Shown: one piece after another, positions 1-8,036 of the stretch
Layout of the letters: each line of letters starts with the position of its first letter
How positions within the stretch are numbered: position 1 is the first letter of the stretch
IMG/VR virus record: IMGVR_UViG_3300005573_000089
Coordinates: 4,420-68,419 of that record
Length of the DNA stretch: 64,000 nucleotides
Source of the DNA: a virus
Lineage: Duplodnaviria > Caudoviricetes
Strand: one strand, 5' to 3'
The notes under the pieces: generated by a model
Databases searched by the model: none
Told to the model about the DNA's origin: nothing
The model's input: the letters and a program-made list of their open reading frames with translations, nothing else
Translations under genes and position numbers: made by a program

Positions 1-34
1 TTCCTTTAGTTAATTATCGTAGAGTGATTATTGT

Positions 35-325
35 ATGAATAAAGATACTGACTCAGATAAGTTTAGAGATCAAATTAAAGATCTGATTGAAGATCCTAAG
101 GAAAAAGAAGCTAGAAAGGAGATAGAAGATATGTACAGAGAAGAAGAGAATCTAAGAATAGATATTCTAAAGACCTTACTTAGAACTAAAAGACAGATCT
201 TTGAATGTTTTGACAAATATAATTTCGATCTAACTAAGTTTGAAATACATATTAACCTCTATGTTTCTATAGATGATACCTCTATAACTGTAAAGGAAAT
301 AGTAGAAGAAGAAGAAGATCCTTAA
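35..325 (+). CDS. hypothetical protein (acidic, 96 aa)
   Basis: ORF with genome-typical codon usage, followed by a T-tract. Confidence 0.6.
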   Translation: MNKDTDSDKFRDQIKDLIEDPKEKEARKEIEDMYREEENLRIDILKTLLRTKRQIFECFDKYNFDLTKFEIHINLYVSIDDTSITVKEIVEEEEDP

Positions 326-335
326 AATCAATTCC

Positions 336-355
336 TTTCTTTTTTTTTATTTTTA
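336..355 (+). terminator. archaeal oligo-T terminator candidate
   Basis: long T-tract just after the stop at 325. Confidence 0.5.
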
Positions 356-498
356 TCAATAAAATTTTATTGGATCTTCCTAAAAATTGCTATCAGGAAA
401 GTGGCATTTAATTAAATAATTGTTCTTTAATCTCAAGATCAATAAACTTTTAGACAATTGTTAAATATTTGTTAAAGCATCTCTGTAGTTGAAATAAT

Positions 499-879
499 AT
501 GTCAGGAAATATTAGAAAGGTTGTAATAGGAAAAGGTAAGTTCTTTAGACCAGACTTTGAGATCTATTCAGATAGTTCATTGACAACTCCTTTAACAAAT
601 ATAGATCTAGGTGTTCTAACAGCACCATCATCTAAAGTTATTCCATGTTATGTTAAGAATACAGGAAATGTACCAATGCAATTAGAGATCAATTCAGTTA
701 ATTGGAATCCTCCAGTAGATGGATCAATTGTTTTCTCTACAGATTATACATCTGGTACAATATTGAATCCTGGAAGTGTAATACAATTATTAATGACATT
801 TGATATCTCTAGTGTAATACCAGATATTGATGACTTTACATTTGAAATAGAGTTTATAGGTTCTTTTCAGAGTCCTTGA
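499..879 (+). CDS. Ig-like beta-sandwich protein, paralog of 921..1394
   Basis: IDLGVL..YVKNTGNVP..NWNPP..FTFEIEF pattern shared with the next ORF. Confidence 0.6.
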   Translation: MSGNIRKVVIGKGKFFRPDFEIYSDSSLTTPLTNIDLGVLTAPSSKVIPCYVKNTGNVPMQLEINSVNWNPPVDGSIVFSTDYTSGTILNPGSVIQLLMTFDISSVIPDIDDFTFEIEFIGSFQSP

Positions 880-920
880 TCTATTAATCTACATAATTAA
901 AAGGATCTTATGGTGGTTGT

Positions 921-1394
921 TTGGTAAAAAAGAAAATAATCAGAGAAAGAGTATCAAGATTATTTGTACTACTTGCTCTAGTTCTTCCAATATCTGTAGT
1001 TACAATAGCAGGAGTATACCTATCTACTGTTCAAATAATTGCAGTAGGTAAAGTAAAGACAGTTGGAGTAGAAGTATATCAATATGAATTAGTTAATAAC
1101 AACTATGTTCCATTAAGCTCTATTAATTGGGGATCATTATCTCCAGGAACTAGTACATCAATATATGCATGGATAAAGAATGTAGGTAATTCTCAAGTAA
1201 CATTATCTATTGGTACATCTGACTGGAATCCACCTGTTGCTAATCAGTACATGATCTTAACATGGGATAAACAAAATGCAGTTATTAATCCAAATCAAAT
1301 AGTACTTGCTAAGTTTACATTATCTGTATCAGAAAGCATTAAAGATGTTACTACATTTTCATTTACAATTATAGTGAAAGGAGAATCTCCTTAA
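921..1394 (+). CDS. membrane-anchored/secreted Ig-like protein resembling an abundant Bathyarchaeia family
   Basis: N-terminal basic plus hydrophobic segment; SINWGSLSPG..IKNVGN..VTLS..SDWNPP..FSFTIIV. Confidence 0.6.
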   Translation: MVKKKIIRERVSRLFVLLALVLPISVVTIAGVYLSTVQIIAVGKVKTVGVEVYQYELVNNNYVPLSSINWGSLSPGTSTSIYAWIKNVGNSQVTLSIGTSDWNPPVANQYMILTWDKQNAVINPNQIVLAKFTLSVSESIKDVTTFSFTIIVKGESP

Positions 1395-1402
1395 GTTCCA
1401 TA

Positions 1403-1425
1403 TTTTTTTTATTTTTTTTTATTTT
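1403..1425 (+). terminator. oligo-T terminator candidate
   Basis: two T8-9 tracts after the stop at 1394. Confidence 0.55.
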
Positions 1426-1452
1426 ATTAATTGTTTTTCATTTCATTTATCA

Positions 1453-1698
1453 TTGTCCATAAGGAAAGGAGGTGATATTATGGATATGAACATAAGTGTT
1501 TTTATGGAGAACTTAAAAGATACAGAGATCAAGGTATTTACTAATGCAAAAGAAGGGAAATATACATTTGCTGTACTAAACATTTACCTAAAGAATACAC
1601 AGATCAATTTGTTTTTTGAAAACATAGAACAACTAAAGAAATTCTTAGAGGAACAACTATCGATCATAAACAATAATGTAATGCAAGTAATTCAATGA
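1453..1698 (+). CDS. hypothetical protein (true start probably ATG near 1480)
   Basis: GGAGGTGA RBS at about 1468-1475 precedes the internal ATG. Confidence 0.6.
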   Translation: MSIRKGGDIMDMNISVFMENLKDTEIKVFTNAKEGKYTFAVLNIYLKNTQINLFFENIEQLKKFLEEQLSIINNNVMQVIQ

Positions 1699-1714
1699 AT
1701 CAAATCTATTAAAA

Positions 1715-1737
1715 ATCGATTTATCCCCTAAATCGAT
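1715..1737. repeat. 23-bp palindrome copy (core TCCCC)
   Basis: atcgattta tcccc taaatcgat, 16 nt after the stop at 1698. Confidence 0.95.
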
Positions 1738-1822
1738 TCTGAGATCAATTATCTAAAAACAATCTAAGTCTTTAGTCAGTTTTATTAGAAACATAAATAA
1801 ACATGAGATTACTTCTAAGGAG

Positions 1823-2812
1823 GTGGTTAAAGAAATGTTATGTATAGGAATAGATAAGGAAAAGATCTTAGAACATCTTAAGAAACTTGGATCTATAAAC
1901 GTAGCATCTCATCATGATGCAGATGGAGTATACTCAGCAGTACTATTAAGTAAGGTTATAGATATAGGAAACATTTCATTTCCAGATAAGTTTGGAGATT
2001 ATTCAGAAAGTCAAATAGCTTTGGATCTTGGATCTCCATTAGACAAAGATTGGGATGGAATAATAATAGATCATCATCCTCATGATCAGACAGATATGAA
2101 ATATACTCTAATATGGGACATTTATCCTACAGGTCTGATAGTCTATGAACTATTCAAGAAATATATTCCTACAGAGTATTCTTGGTTAACAGTAGGATCT
2201 TTAGTAGGAGATGGACAACCATCTGTAACACCAGCAGAGATATGGAATGATCATCCTACTCTATTAGAGATGAGAGGATCTATCTATGAGTCATATGGTA
2301 AATTAAACATGTATGAATATCCTCTTTATACTCTCTTATCATCACCAATAAATGCTACTTGTAGAGTAGGTAATCCATATACAGCATATAAGATCCTTAA
2401 GACTTGTAAGACACCAGATGATGTTATTTCACATCCTACATTTAAAGAAGATCAAGAAATCCTTAACCAAGAATATGATCGTATTATAGGTGAATTTGGT
2501 AGGGATAAGAAAGCAAGAAGGAATACAATAGAGATCAGTCAATTCCTAATAATACCATTTGAATCACAATTTAAAATAGCATCTAGAATAGCTAGCAGTT
2601 TACAACCTAATGTTAAGAAAACTGTAATAGCAATTAACTATAAGACTGGTGAAATATCTGTTAGAGGAGATCTAGCATATTTATTATTAGATAAAATGAT
2701 CCCATTAGGTTGGAATCTAGGTGGACATGCAGGTTATGTTGGTGGAGATCTTAGCAATAAAACAGTTAATGATTTCCTATTAGATCTTAGAAAACAATTC
2801 AAAGGATTGTAA
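1823..2812 (+). CDS. DHH-family phosphoesterase (RecJ/NrnA-like)
   Basis: HHDADG, DLGS, IIIDHH and C-terminal GGHAGYVGG motifs. Confidence 0.85.
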   Translation: MVKEMLCIGIDKEKILEHLKKLGSINVASHHDADGVYSAVLLSKVIDIGNISFPDKFGDYSESQIALDLGSPLDKDWDGIIIDHHPHDQTDMKYTLIWDIYPTGLIVYELFKKYIPTEYSWLTVGSLVGDGQPSVTPAEIWNDHPTLLEMRGSIYESYGKLNMYEYPLYTLLSSPINATCRVGNPYTAYKILKTCKTPDDVISHPTFKEDQEILNQEYDRIIGEFGRDKKARRNTIEISQFLIIPFESQFKIASRIASSLQPNVKKTVIAINYKTGEISVRGDLAYLLLDKMIPLGWNLGGHAGYVGGDLSNKTVNDFLLDLRKQFKGL

Positions 2813-2826
2813 GGAGAGTACGATCT

Positions 2827-3006
2827 TTGAAAATATATATTCTCTTTGATGAAAGAAAGAAAGGTAGTGATTCTGTCATTGAAGTGTATAAAGATGAACT
2901 ATTAGCTCATGTATCAGAGATCTTACATTCAGAATACGAATCTAGTTTCTGTAATAATTTCAATAAATGTTTTAAAGTAAAGGAGTTTGAGATCAAGGAT
3001 GAGTGA
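2827..3006 (+). CDS. small hypothetical protein (59 aa, TTG start; not in ORF track)
   Basis: read manually (LKIYILFDERKKGSD...); AGGAG upstream; stop overlaps the next ATG. Confidence 0.5.
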   Translation: MKIYILFDERKKGSDSVIEVYKDELLAHVSEILHSEYESSFCNNFNKCFKVKEFEIKDE

Positions 3007-3259
3007 TATAGAAGAAGTAATTAATGAATTATGTGAACAATTTCCAGAATTTAAATTATTCTTTGATTCAAGATTTGAGATCAGAAAGAGATCTTCTCTT
3101 ATTCCGATATTTGCATCTAACTTAGATGTTTCATTTGATGAATCTATTGAAATAGTTCGTAAAGATCTAACATTAACTGAACTTAAGAAATATTATGAGG
3201 AGGATCTGAGATTATGGTTGGAAATGTTAATAGAAAAGAGTATAAAGGGTACACAATAG
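2987..3259 (+). CDS. hypothetical protein (start probably 2999)
   Basis: ORF in a tightly coupled operon. Confidence 0.55.
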   Translation: MRSRMSDIEEVINELCEQFPEFKLFFDSRFEIRKRSSLIPIFASNLDVSFDESIEIVRKDLTLTELKKYYEEDLRLWLEMLIEKSIKGTQ

Positions 3260-3450
3260 AAAAAACATCTGAAAGAACATTCTATATTCTAACACCAGAA
3301 GGAGATGAAGTCTATGTATGGGCAGATCCTCATTCAAAATATCTTAAGTGTTCTTGTCAAGTAGGAACTATGGAAGCTAAACATCATCTATGTTCTCATA
3401 TTGCCTTAGTAAAGAAATTGTTCAATCATAAGGTGAATAGAAATGGATAA
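3214..3450 (+). CDS. SWIM zinc-finger protein
   Basis: CSC...CSH (CxC-xn-CxH) directly upstream of radA. Confidence 0.7.
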   Translation: MVGNVNRKEYKGYTIEKTSERTFYILTPEGDEVYVWADPHSKYLKCSCQVGTMEAKHHLCSHIALVKKLFNHKVNRNG

Positions 3451-4453
3451 GCAAAAAGATCTAAATGATCTTACATTAGCTAGAGGTATAGGACCTAAAA
3501 GTGCAGAGAAATTAATAGAAGAAGGAATTAAAGATCTACCAGCATTAGCAGTACTTAGACCAGAAGAATTAGCAGATATACTTAGGATCACTAAAAAAGC
3601 AGCAGTAGAAGCAATTAATTCTGCTAAAGAAATAGCATTAGATGAAGCACTTAGATTAATGAGTTTAGAAGAAGTACAAGAAGAAATAACAAAGAAAGTG
3701 ATCAGATATTCAACTGGATCTTTGGCATTAGATCATTTAATAGGAGGAGGTATAGCTACTAATGAAATTACAGGACTTAGAGGACCATTTAGTGTAGGTA
3801 AAACACAGATAGCAAAGAGTGTAGCAGTGTCTTGTATAGAATCTGGTAGAAAAGTAGCATGGATAGAAACAGAACCAGGTACATTTAAAGAAGATAGGAT
3901 CTTAGAAATAGCATCTGCTAGACATGTATCTGTTGATCTTAAAGAAGATATGTTTGTAATTCCATCTAAGTTTATAGTGTCTCCTAATCATCAATTCTTA
4001 GCATATGAAAGGATCAATGGAGAATTATCTAAAGGAAAGGACTTTGGATTAATAGTAGTAGATTCATTCTCTCCTAGATTTAGAGAATTCTATCCAAGAA
4101 GAGAGATGTTTCCAGCTAGATCTCAAGAGACTGGTAGACATATAGGATACTTACAATCATTAGCAGCAAAGTATAATCTAGCTGTACTAATAACTGTTCA
4201 AGTAATGGGTATTCCAGATGAATCTAGAATGAGATTAACACAAATGCAAGAAGCATCTGAAGAGGCAATGTATGGTGGACATGTAATTAAACATGGAGTA
4301 CAAACATGGATTGCATTAAGAAAGAAATCTAAAGCAGATAGTATATGGGAAGCAGAACTAATAGATTCTTCTTATCTACCTCCTGGATCAGCTCTATTTA
4401 GAATTGATCAATCAGGAGTATGTGATATAGAAGCTAAGAGAGGTAAAGGATAA
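3443..4453 (+). CDS. radA: RadA recombinase
   Basis: N-terminal HhH (GIGPKSAEKL), Walker A GPFSVGKT, IETEPGTF, Walker B LIVVDS. Confidence 0.9.
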   Translation: MDKQKDLNDLTLARGIGPKSAEKLIEEGIKDLPALAVLRPEELADILRITKKAAVEAINSAKEIALDEALRLMSLEEVQEEITKKVIRYSTGSLALDHLIGGGIATNEITGLRGPFSVGKTQIAKSVAVSCIESGRKVAWIETEPGTFKEDRILEIASARHVSVDLKEDMFVIPSKFIVSPNHQFLAYERINGELSKGKDFGLIVVDSFSPRFREFYPRREMFPARSQETGRHIGYLQSLAAKYNLAVLITVQVMGIPDESRMRLTQMQEASEEAMYGGHVIKHGVQTWIALRKKSKADSIWEAELIDSSYLPPGSALFRIDQSGVCDIEAKRGKG

Positions 4454-4648
4454 TTGTCTAAAGAATGGATTAAGTTAGGAGAAGAATTGATCTATATCTT
4501 AGAATGTCCAGAGTGCAATAATATTATCTTTGTACCTGTAAAGATCTCACATCAAAATAATTTAGAAAAATATCCAGATATTTCTAAGTCTGTAAGCTAT
4601 AGATGTCCTAAATGTAACATAGAATTATTGTTACCTTTTGTTCGGTGA
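4454..4648 (+). CDS. small Zn-ribbon protein
   Basis: CPECN...CPKCN; paralog of the next ORF. Confidence 0.7.
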   Translation: MSKEWIKLGEELIYILECPECNNIIFVPVKISHQNNLEKYPDISKSVSYRCPKCNIELLLPFVR

Positions 4649-4856
4649 TGACATGTCAAATAATATGGATCAGAGATGGATTAAATTAGCTGAAATAAAA
4701 ATGGATATATTACGATGTCCTAATTGCAATAAGGTAGTATTTGTTCCTAGAAAGATCATTGATTATTCTAATGTTATTTCCTATGAACAAGATATATCTA
4801 AAGCAATAGGATTTATTTGTGAATATTGTAATTCTAAGTTCTATTTCCCAGATTGA
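4638..4856 (+). CDS. small Zn-ribbon protein (paralog of 4454..4648)
   Basis: WIKL..CPNCN..FVP..DISKA..CEYCN. Confidence 0.7.
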   Translation: MFGDDMSNNMDQRWIKLAEIKMDILRCPNCNKVVFVPRKIIDYSNVISYEQDISKAIGFICEYCNSKFYFPD

Positions 4857-4886
4857 TCTTTATCTAATTTTTTAGAAGGTGTTTAA

Positions 4887-5564
4887 TTGAATATAATTGT
4901 AGATTCTAATGAACCATCAGATTTTGTAGAACAATTGAAGATTATGGGAGTACCAGTAGAGGTATCTAAATTAGAAATATCTGATTATGTATGTGGAGAA
5001 TTTATTATAGAAAGGAAAGATAGTAGAGATTTTCTTAATTCTATATTTGATGGTAGACTATTTAGACAGATGAATGAAATGAACAACGATCTTGATCATA
5101 AGCCATTGTTAATCGTATACGGTAATCTACCTCCTAGACAAAAATGGATCAAGATCAATAATAGAGTAGTTAGAAAGGTTATATCCAAAGATGAATTAAT
5201 GAGAAGAGAACAGACAATCATATCAACAATCTCTACTATCGTTAATTCATACAGTAGAGTTTCTGTTATTACATTGAAAGATAAGAATCAATTCATTACA
5301 TTCCTTTCAGATCTTTATTATAGACAGACATCTCATGAATCTAAGAAACCAGCTATTAAAAGGAAAGCAAATAACATAGATGATTACAAATGGAATATCT
5401 TTAGTCAATTACCTGGAATTGGATCAAGTGGTTGTAAGATCCTTTTAGAAAAGAAGATCTCTATTCATCAATTATCTGAAATGACTCCAGAAGAAATAAA
5501 GAATAATTTTAGGAATGTAGGAGAAAGTAGATCTAAGTTGATCTATGAAATCCTAAATTCCTAG
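4887..5564 (+). CDS. ERCC4/XPF-Mus81-Hef family structure-specific nuclease with C-terminal HhH
   Basis: IIVDSNE, SDY, IERK..DF, LPGIG. Confidence 0.88.
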   Translation: MNIIVDSNEPSDFVEQLKIMGVPVEVSKLEISDYVCGEFIIERKDSRDFLNSIFDGRLFRQMNEMNNDLDHKPLLIVYGNLPPRQKWIKINNRVVRKVISKDELMRREQTIISTISTIVNSYSRVSVITLKDKNQFITFLSDLYYRQTSHESKKPAIKRKANNIDDYKWNIFSQLPGIGSSGCKILLEKKISIHQLSEMTPEEIKNNFRNVGESRSKLIYEILNS

Positions 5565-5587
5565 ATCGATTTAGGTGATAAATCGAT
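5565..5587. repeat. 23-bp palindrome copy (core GGTGA)
   Basis: starts at the base after the TAG stop. Confidence 0.95.
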
Positions 5588-5620
5588 TGTCCGCAATAAT
5601 ACTTTTAAAGATGTTTTAAT

Positions 5621-6676
5621 GTGTTAGGGTTGGTCAATATGACTATACCAAAAGAGTTTGAAGATAAGATAGATAAACTCGTAGATAAGTTAGGTAGAAG
5701 TAAAGAAGATCTTGTCTCTTTGCTTGAAGGGACATATAAGGAAATAAGACAGATCTCTAAGGATTCTGATAATAAGATAGTTTGGAAGAAAGCATATAAT
5801 AGATTCATAGGGATCTTAGCAAGAGAAGAATCAGTATTCTCTTCTGCAGATCATTATACTGGACAGATCTGGGGAGATACAGGGATTGTAGACTTTATAG
5901 AAATAATGAAGAGAAAAGCAGAATATGTCTTTAAGACCGATTCATTTAAGGCAATATCAAGTGGATTAACAGATAGATCTGGTACTCCTTTAGATACAAG
6001 AAAGAAGATCAATTTTGGTAGAGATGATAATCCTAATTATGGTAAACCATTTCCAGAAGGAGAGAGATCATTAGCTAGATCAGTATTTGGTATCTGTAAT
6101 AAAGGAACTTCTATAATTCCAGAGAATATATCATTCTTTAGACTAAATATAGTAGGAGATAATATCGATACAATTAAAGTACCAGAAGTAGGAACATTTG
6201 TACAATTCAGAGCAAATGCTAAGAGAGATAAGAAAGTTCCATTTCTAGATCTTAATTCGATCTACAGTGCTGAGAATATATTCAAAGAAATAGAACCAAT
6301 TAAGATCACAGGTATTAGAGAAATACTTAATAAAACATCTTGGAGTGTATTCACATTATCTGACGTACCAACATTATATGATCTCTACTCATCTGATAGA
6401 ACACTTCCAATATTGATAGAAGCAAATGTAGCATCTATAGGCTTAGATCCAGATCCAAGAACTGGGAATAGAACTTTATGGTTATTAGAACCAGATCAAA
6501 TATTCGATACAGCACCTATACCTTGTTATATAAATTCAGAAATACCATTAAAGTTTGGATTAGATTCTAGAGTGATCTTTGTAGGAAGAGTAGATAAATT
6601 CTCATCTGAAGAAGATAATTCAAGATATATGATAGTTGCTAATGGTTATTGTCCTATAGAAGAAGAAACACTATAA
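5621..6676 (+). CDS. putative RPA/SSB-like OB-fold protein (start probably 5639)
   Basis: helical N-terminus, OB-like C-terminal strands (IEANV...RVIFVGRV), replication context; no diagnostic motif. Confidence 0.4.
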   Translation: MLGLVNMTIPKEFEDKIDKLVDKLGRSKEDLVSLLEGTYKEIRQISKDSDNKIVWKKAYNRFIGILAREESVFSSADHYTGQIWGDTGIVDFIEIMKRKAEYVFKTDSFKAISSGLTDRSGTPLDTRKKINFGRDDNPNYGKPFPEGERSLARSVFGICNKGTSIIPENISFFRLNIVGDNIDTIKVPEVGTFVQFRANAKRDKKVPFLDLNSIYSAENIFKEIEPIKITGIREILNKTSWSVFTLSDVPTLYDLYSSDRTLPILIEANVASIGLDPDPRTGNRTLWLLEPDQIFDTAPIPCYINSEIPLKFGLDSRVIFVGRVDKFSSEEDNSRYMIVANGYCPIEEETL

Positions 6677-6677
6677 G

Positions 6678-7604
6678 GTGATCTATCTAATGGTTCATTT
6701 ACAGAAAGTCTCTGAAGACGTTGAGAGTATTCCTATAGATCAGATAAAATTTGATCAAGTAATGATTGTTGATCCTAGAGACTATACAATTAGTAAATGG
6801 AATGCAAGAGTAGAAGATCAAGAGAGAAATATAGCTTCACTTACAGATTCTATAATCAATTACGGTTTCATTAATCCATTGATCTCTGATGAAAATAAAG
6901 AGATCATAGATGGTCTAAGAAGATGGAAAATAGCTATTAAATATGGACTTAAGATTCCAGTAATACATAAGAACTATAATGGAGATGAGACTAAGAAAGC
7001 ATTAGATAGTTTACTTTACAATATGAAAGAGGAAAATACTCCTTTAGAGAGAGCTAAGTTATTAGACAAATTACTTAAGAAAGGTATTTCTTTAAAAGTT
7101 ATATCAGAAGCATTAGGTGTATCAATATCACAAATAAATAATTGGTTAGTTCAGATCAATGCACCTAAGGAAATTATACCAGACAATGATCTAGAAGCTA
7201 TAGAATCTTACAAGAGCCTTTCTGAAAGAGATCGTAGAACATTTAATAGAGCAGTTAAAACAATTGGTCTTACTCCAGAAGAATCTAAAGAAGAACTAAA
7301 ATACTTTTCTAAACTTACTAGCAGAGAAAGGGATGAATACATTAAAGATATTGTATCTGGTATGAAAGTAGAAAAGAAAGATACTACAGTAGCAGAAAAT
7401 AAGGATGATTATGAACTATGGAACTATTACGTTTATAAGAAATGGGGTAATAAATGGAAGGATAAGATCAGAAAGAGAGGATGGGACAGATTTAAGACAA
7501 TAAATGCTTTAATGAATGGATTCTATTTAGGTAAGTTCAATCTATCCCAAGAGGAATATAATGATCTGAACTCATCAGGTGTCTTAGATGGTAAAGATCT
7601 TTGA
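6678..7604 (+). CDS. ParB/Srx-domain protein with central HTH
   Basis: SI..YGFINPL, IIDGLRRWKIA (GxxR box), HTH SLKVISEALGVSISQINNWL. Confidence 0.8.
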   Translation: MIYLMVHLQKVSEDVESIPIDQIKFDQVMIVDPRDYTISKWNARVEDQERNIASLTDSIINYGFINPLISDENKEIIDGLRRWKIAIKYGLKIPVIHKNYNGDETKKALDSLLYNMKEENTPLERAKLLDKLLKKGISLKVISEALGVSISQINNWLVQINAPKEIIPDNDLEAIESYKSLSERDRRTFNRAVKTIGLTPEESKEELKYFSKLTSRERDEYIKDIVSGMKVEKKDTTVAENKDDYELWNYYVYKKWGNKWKDKIRKRGWDRFKTINALMNGFYLGKFNLSQEEYNDLNSSGVLDGKDL

Positions 7605-7896
7605 TCTTGAAGTAAGAGAACTGGTAATTGATAAAAATGGATTAATATTTAGACCAAGATCTAGAGAGAAAGAGAATCTTAATCCAAAGATCTTTACAGC
7701 AAATTACATAGATCTTTTGAATGTTATTTCTTTCTTTCATAAGCATAATGCAATACATTCTATAAGTAAATGGGAAATACCTGCTTTAACATTGTTCATA
7801 CAGAAATACATCTTTAAAGGAAATATCAGTAAGTTCAAAGCTAGAGAATTATCAATTACATTAAAGGCAATATCTAAAATGGTAGATGTTTTCTAA
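7588..7896 (+). CDS. hypothetical protein
   Basis: ORF overlapping the ParB-like stop. Confidence 0.6.
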   Translation: MVKIFDLEVRELVIDKNGLIFRPRSREKENLNPKIFTANYIDLLNVISFFHKHNAIHSISKWEIPALTLFIQKYIFKGNISKFKARELSITLKAISKMVDVF

Positions 7897-7898
7897 AG

Positions 7899-7921
7899 AT
7901 CGATTTAGGTGATAAATCGAT
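7899..7921. repeat. 23-bp palindrome copy (core GGTGA)
   Basis: 2 nt after the stop at 7896. Confidence 0.95.
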
Positions 7922-8036
7922 AATTTCTTTCTAAAGTCAATTAATGATCTGATCTTTATTGTTTTTTTCAATATTCTTACAAGAGAACTTTCTAATATCC
8001 GTTTAGAATATTTTCTTTTGTTTAAGGTGTTCTTGG

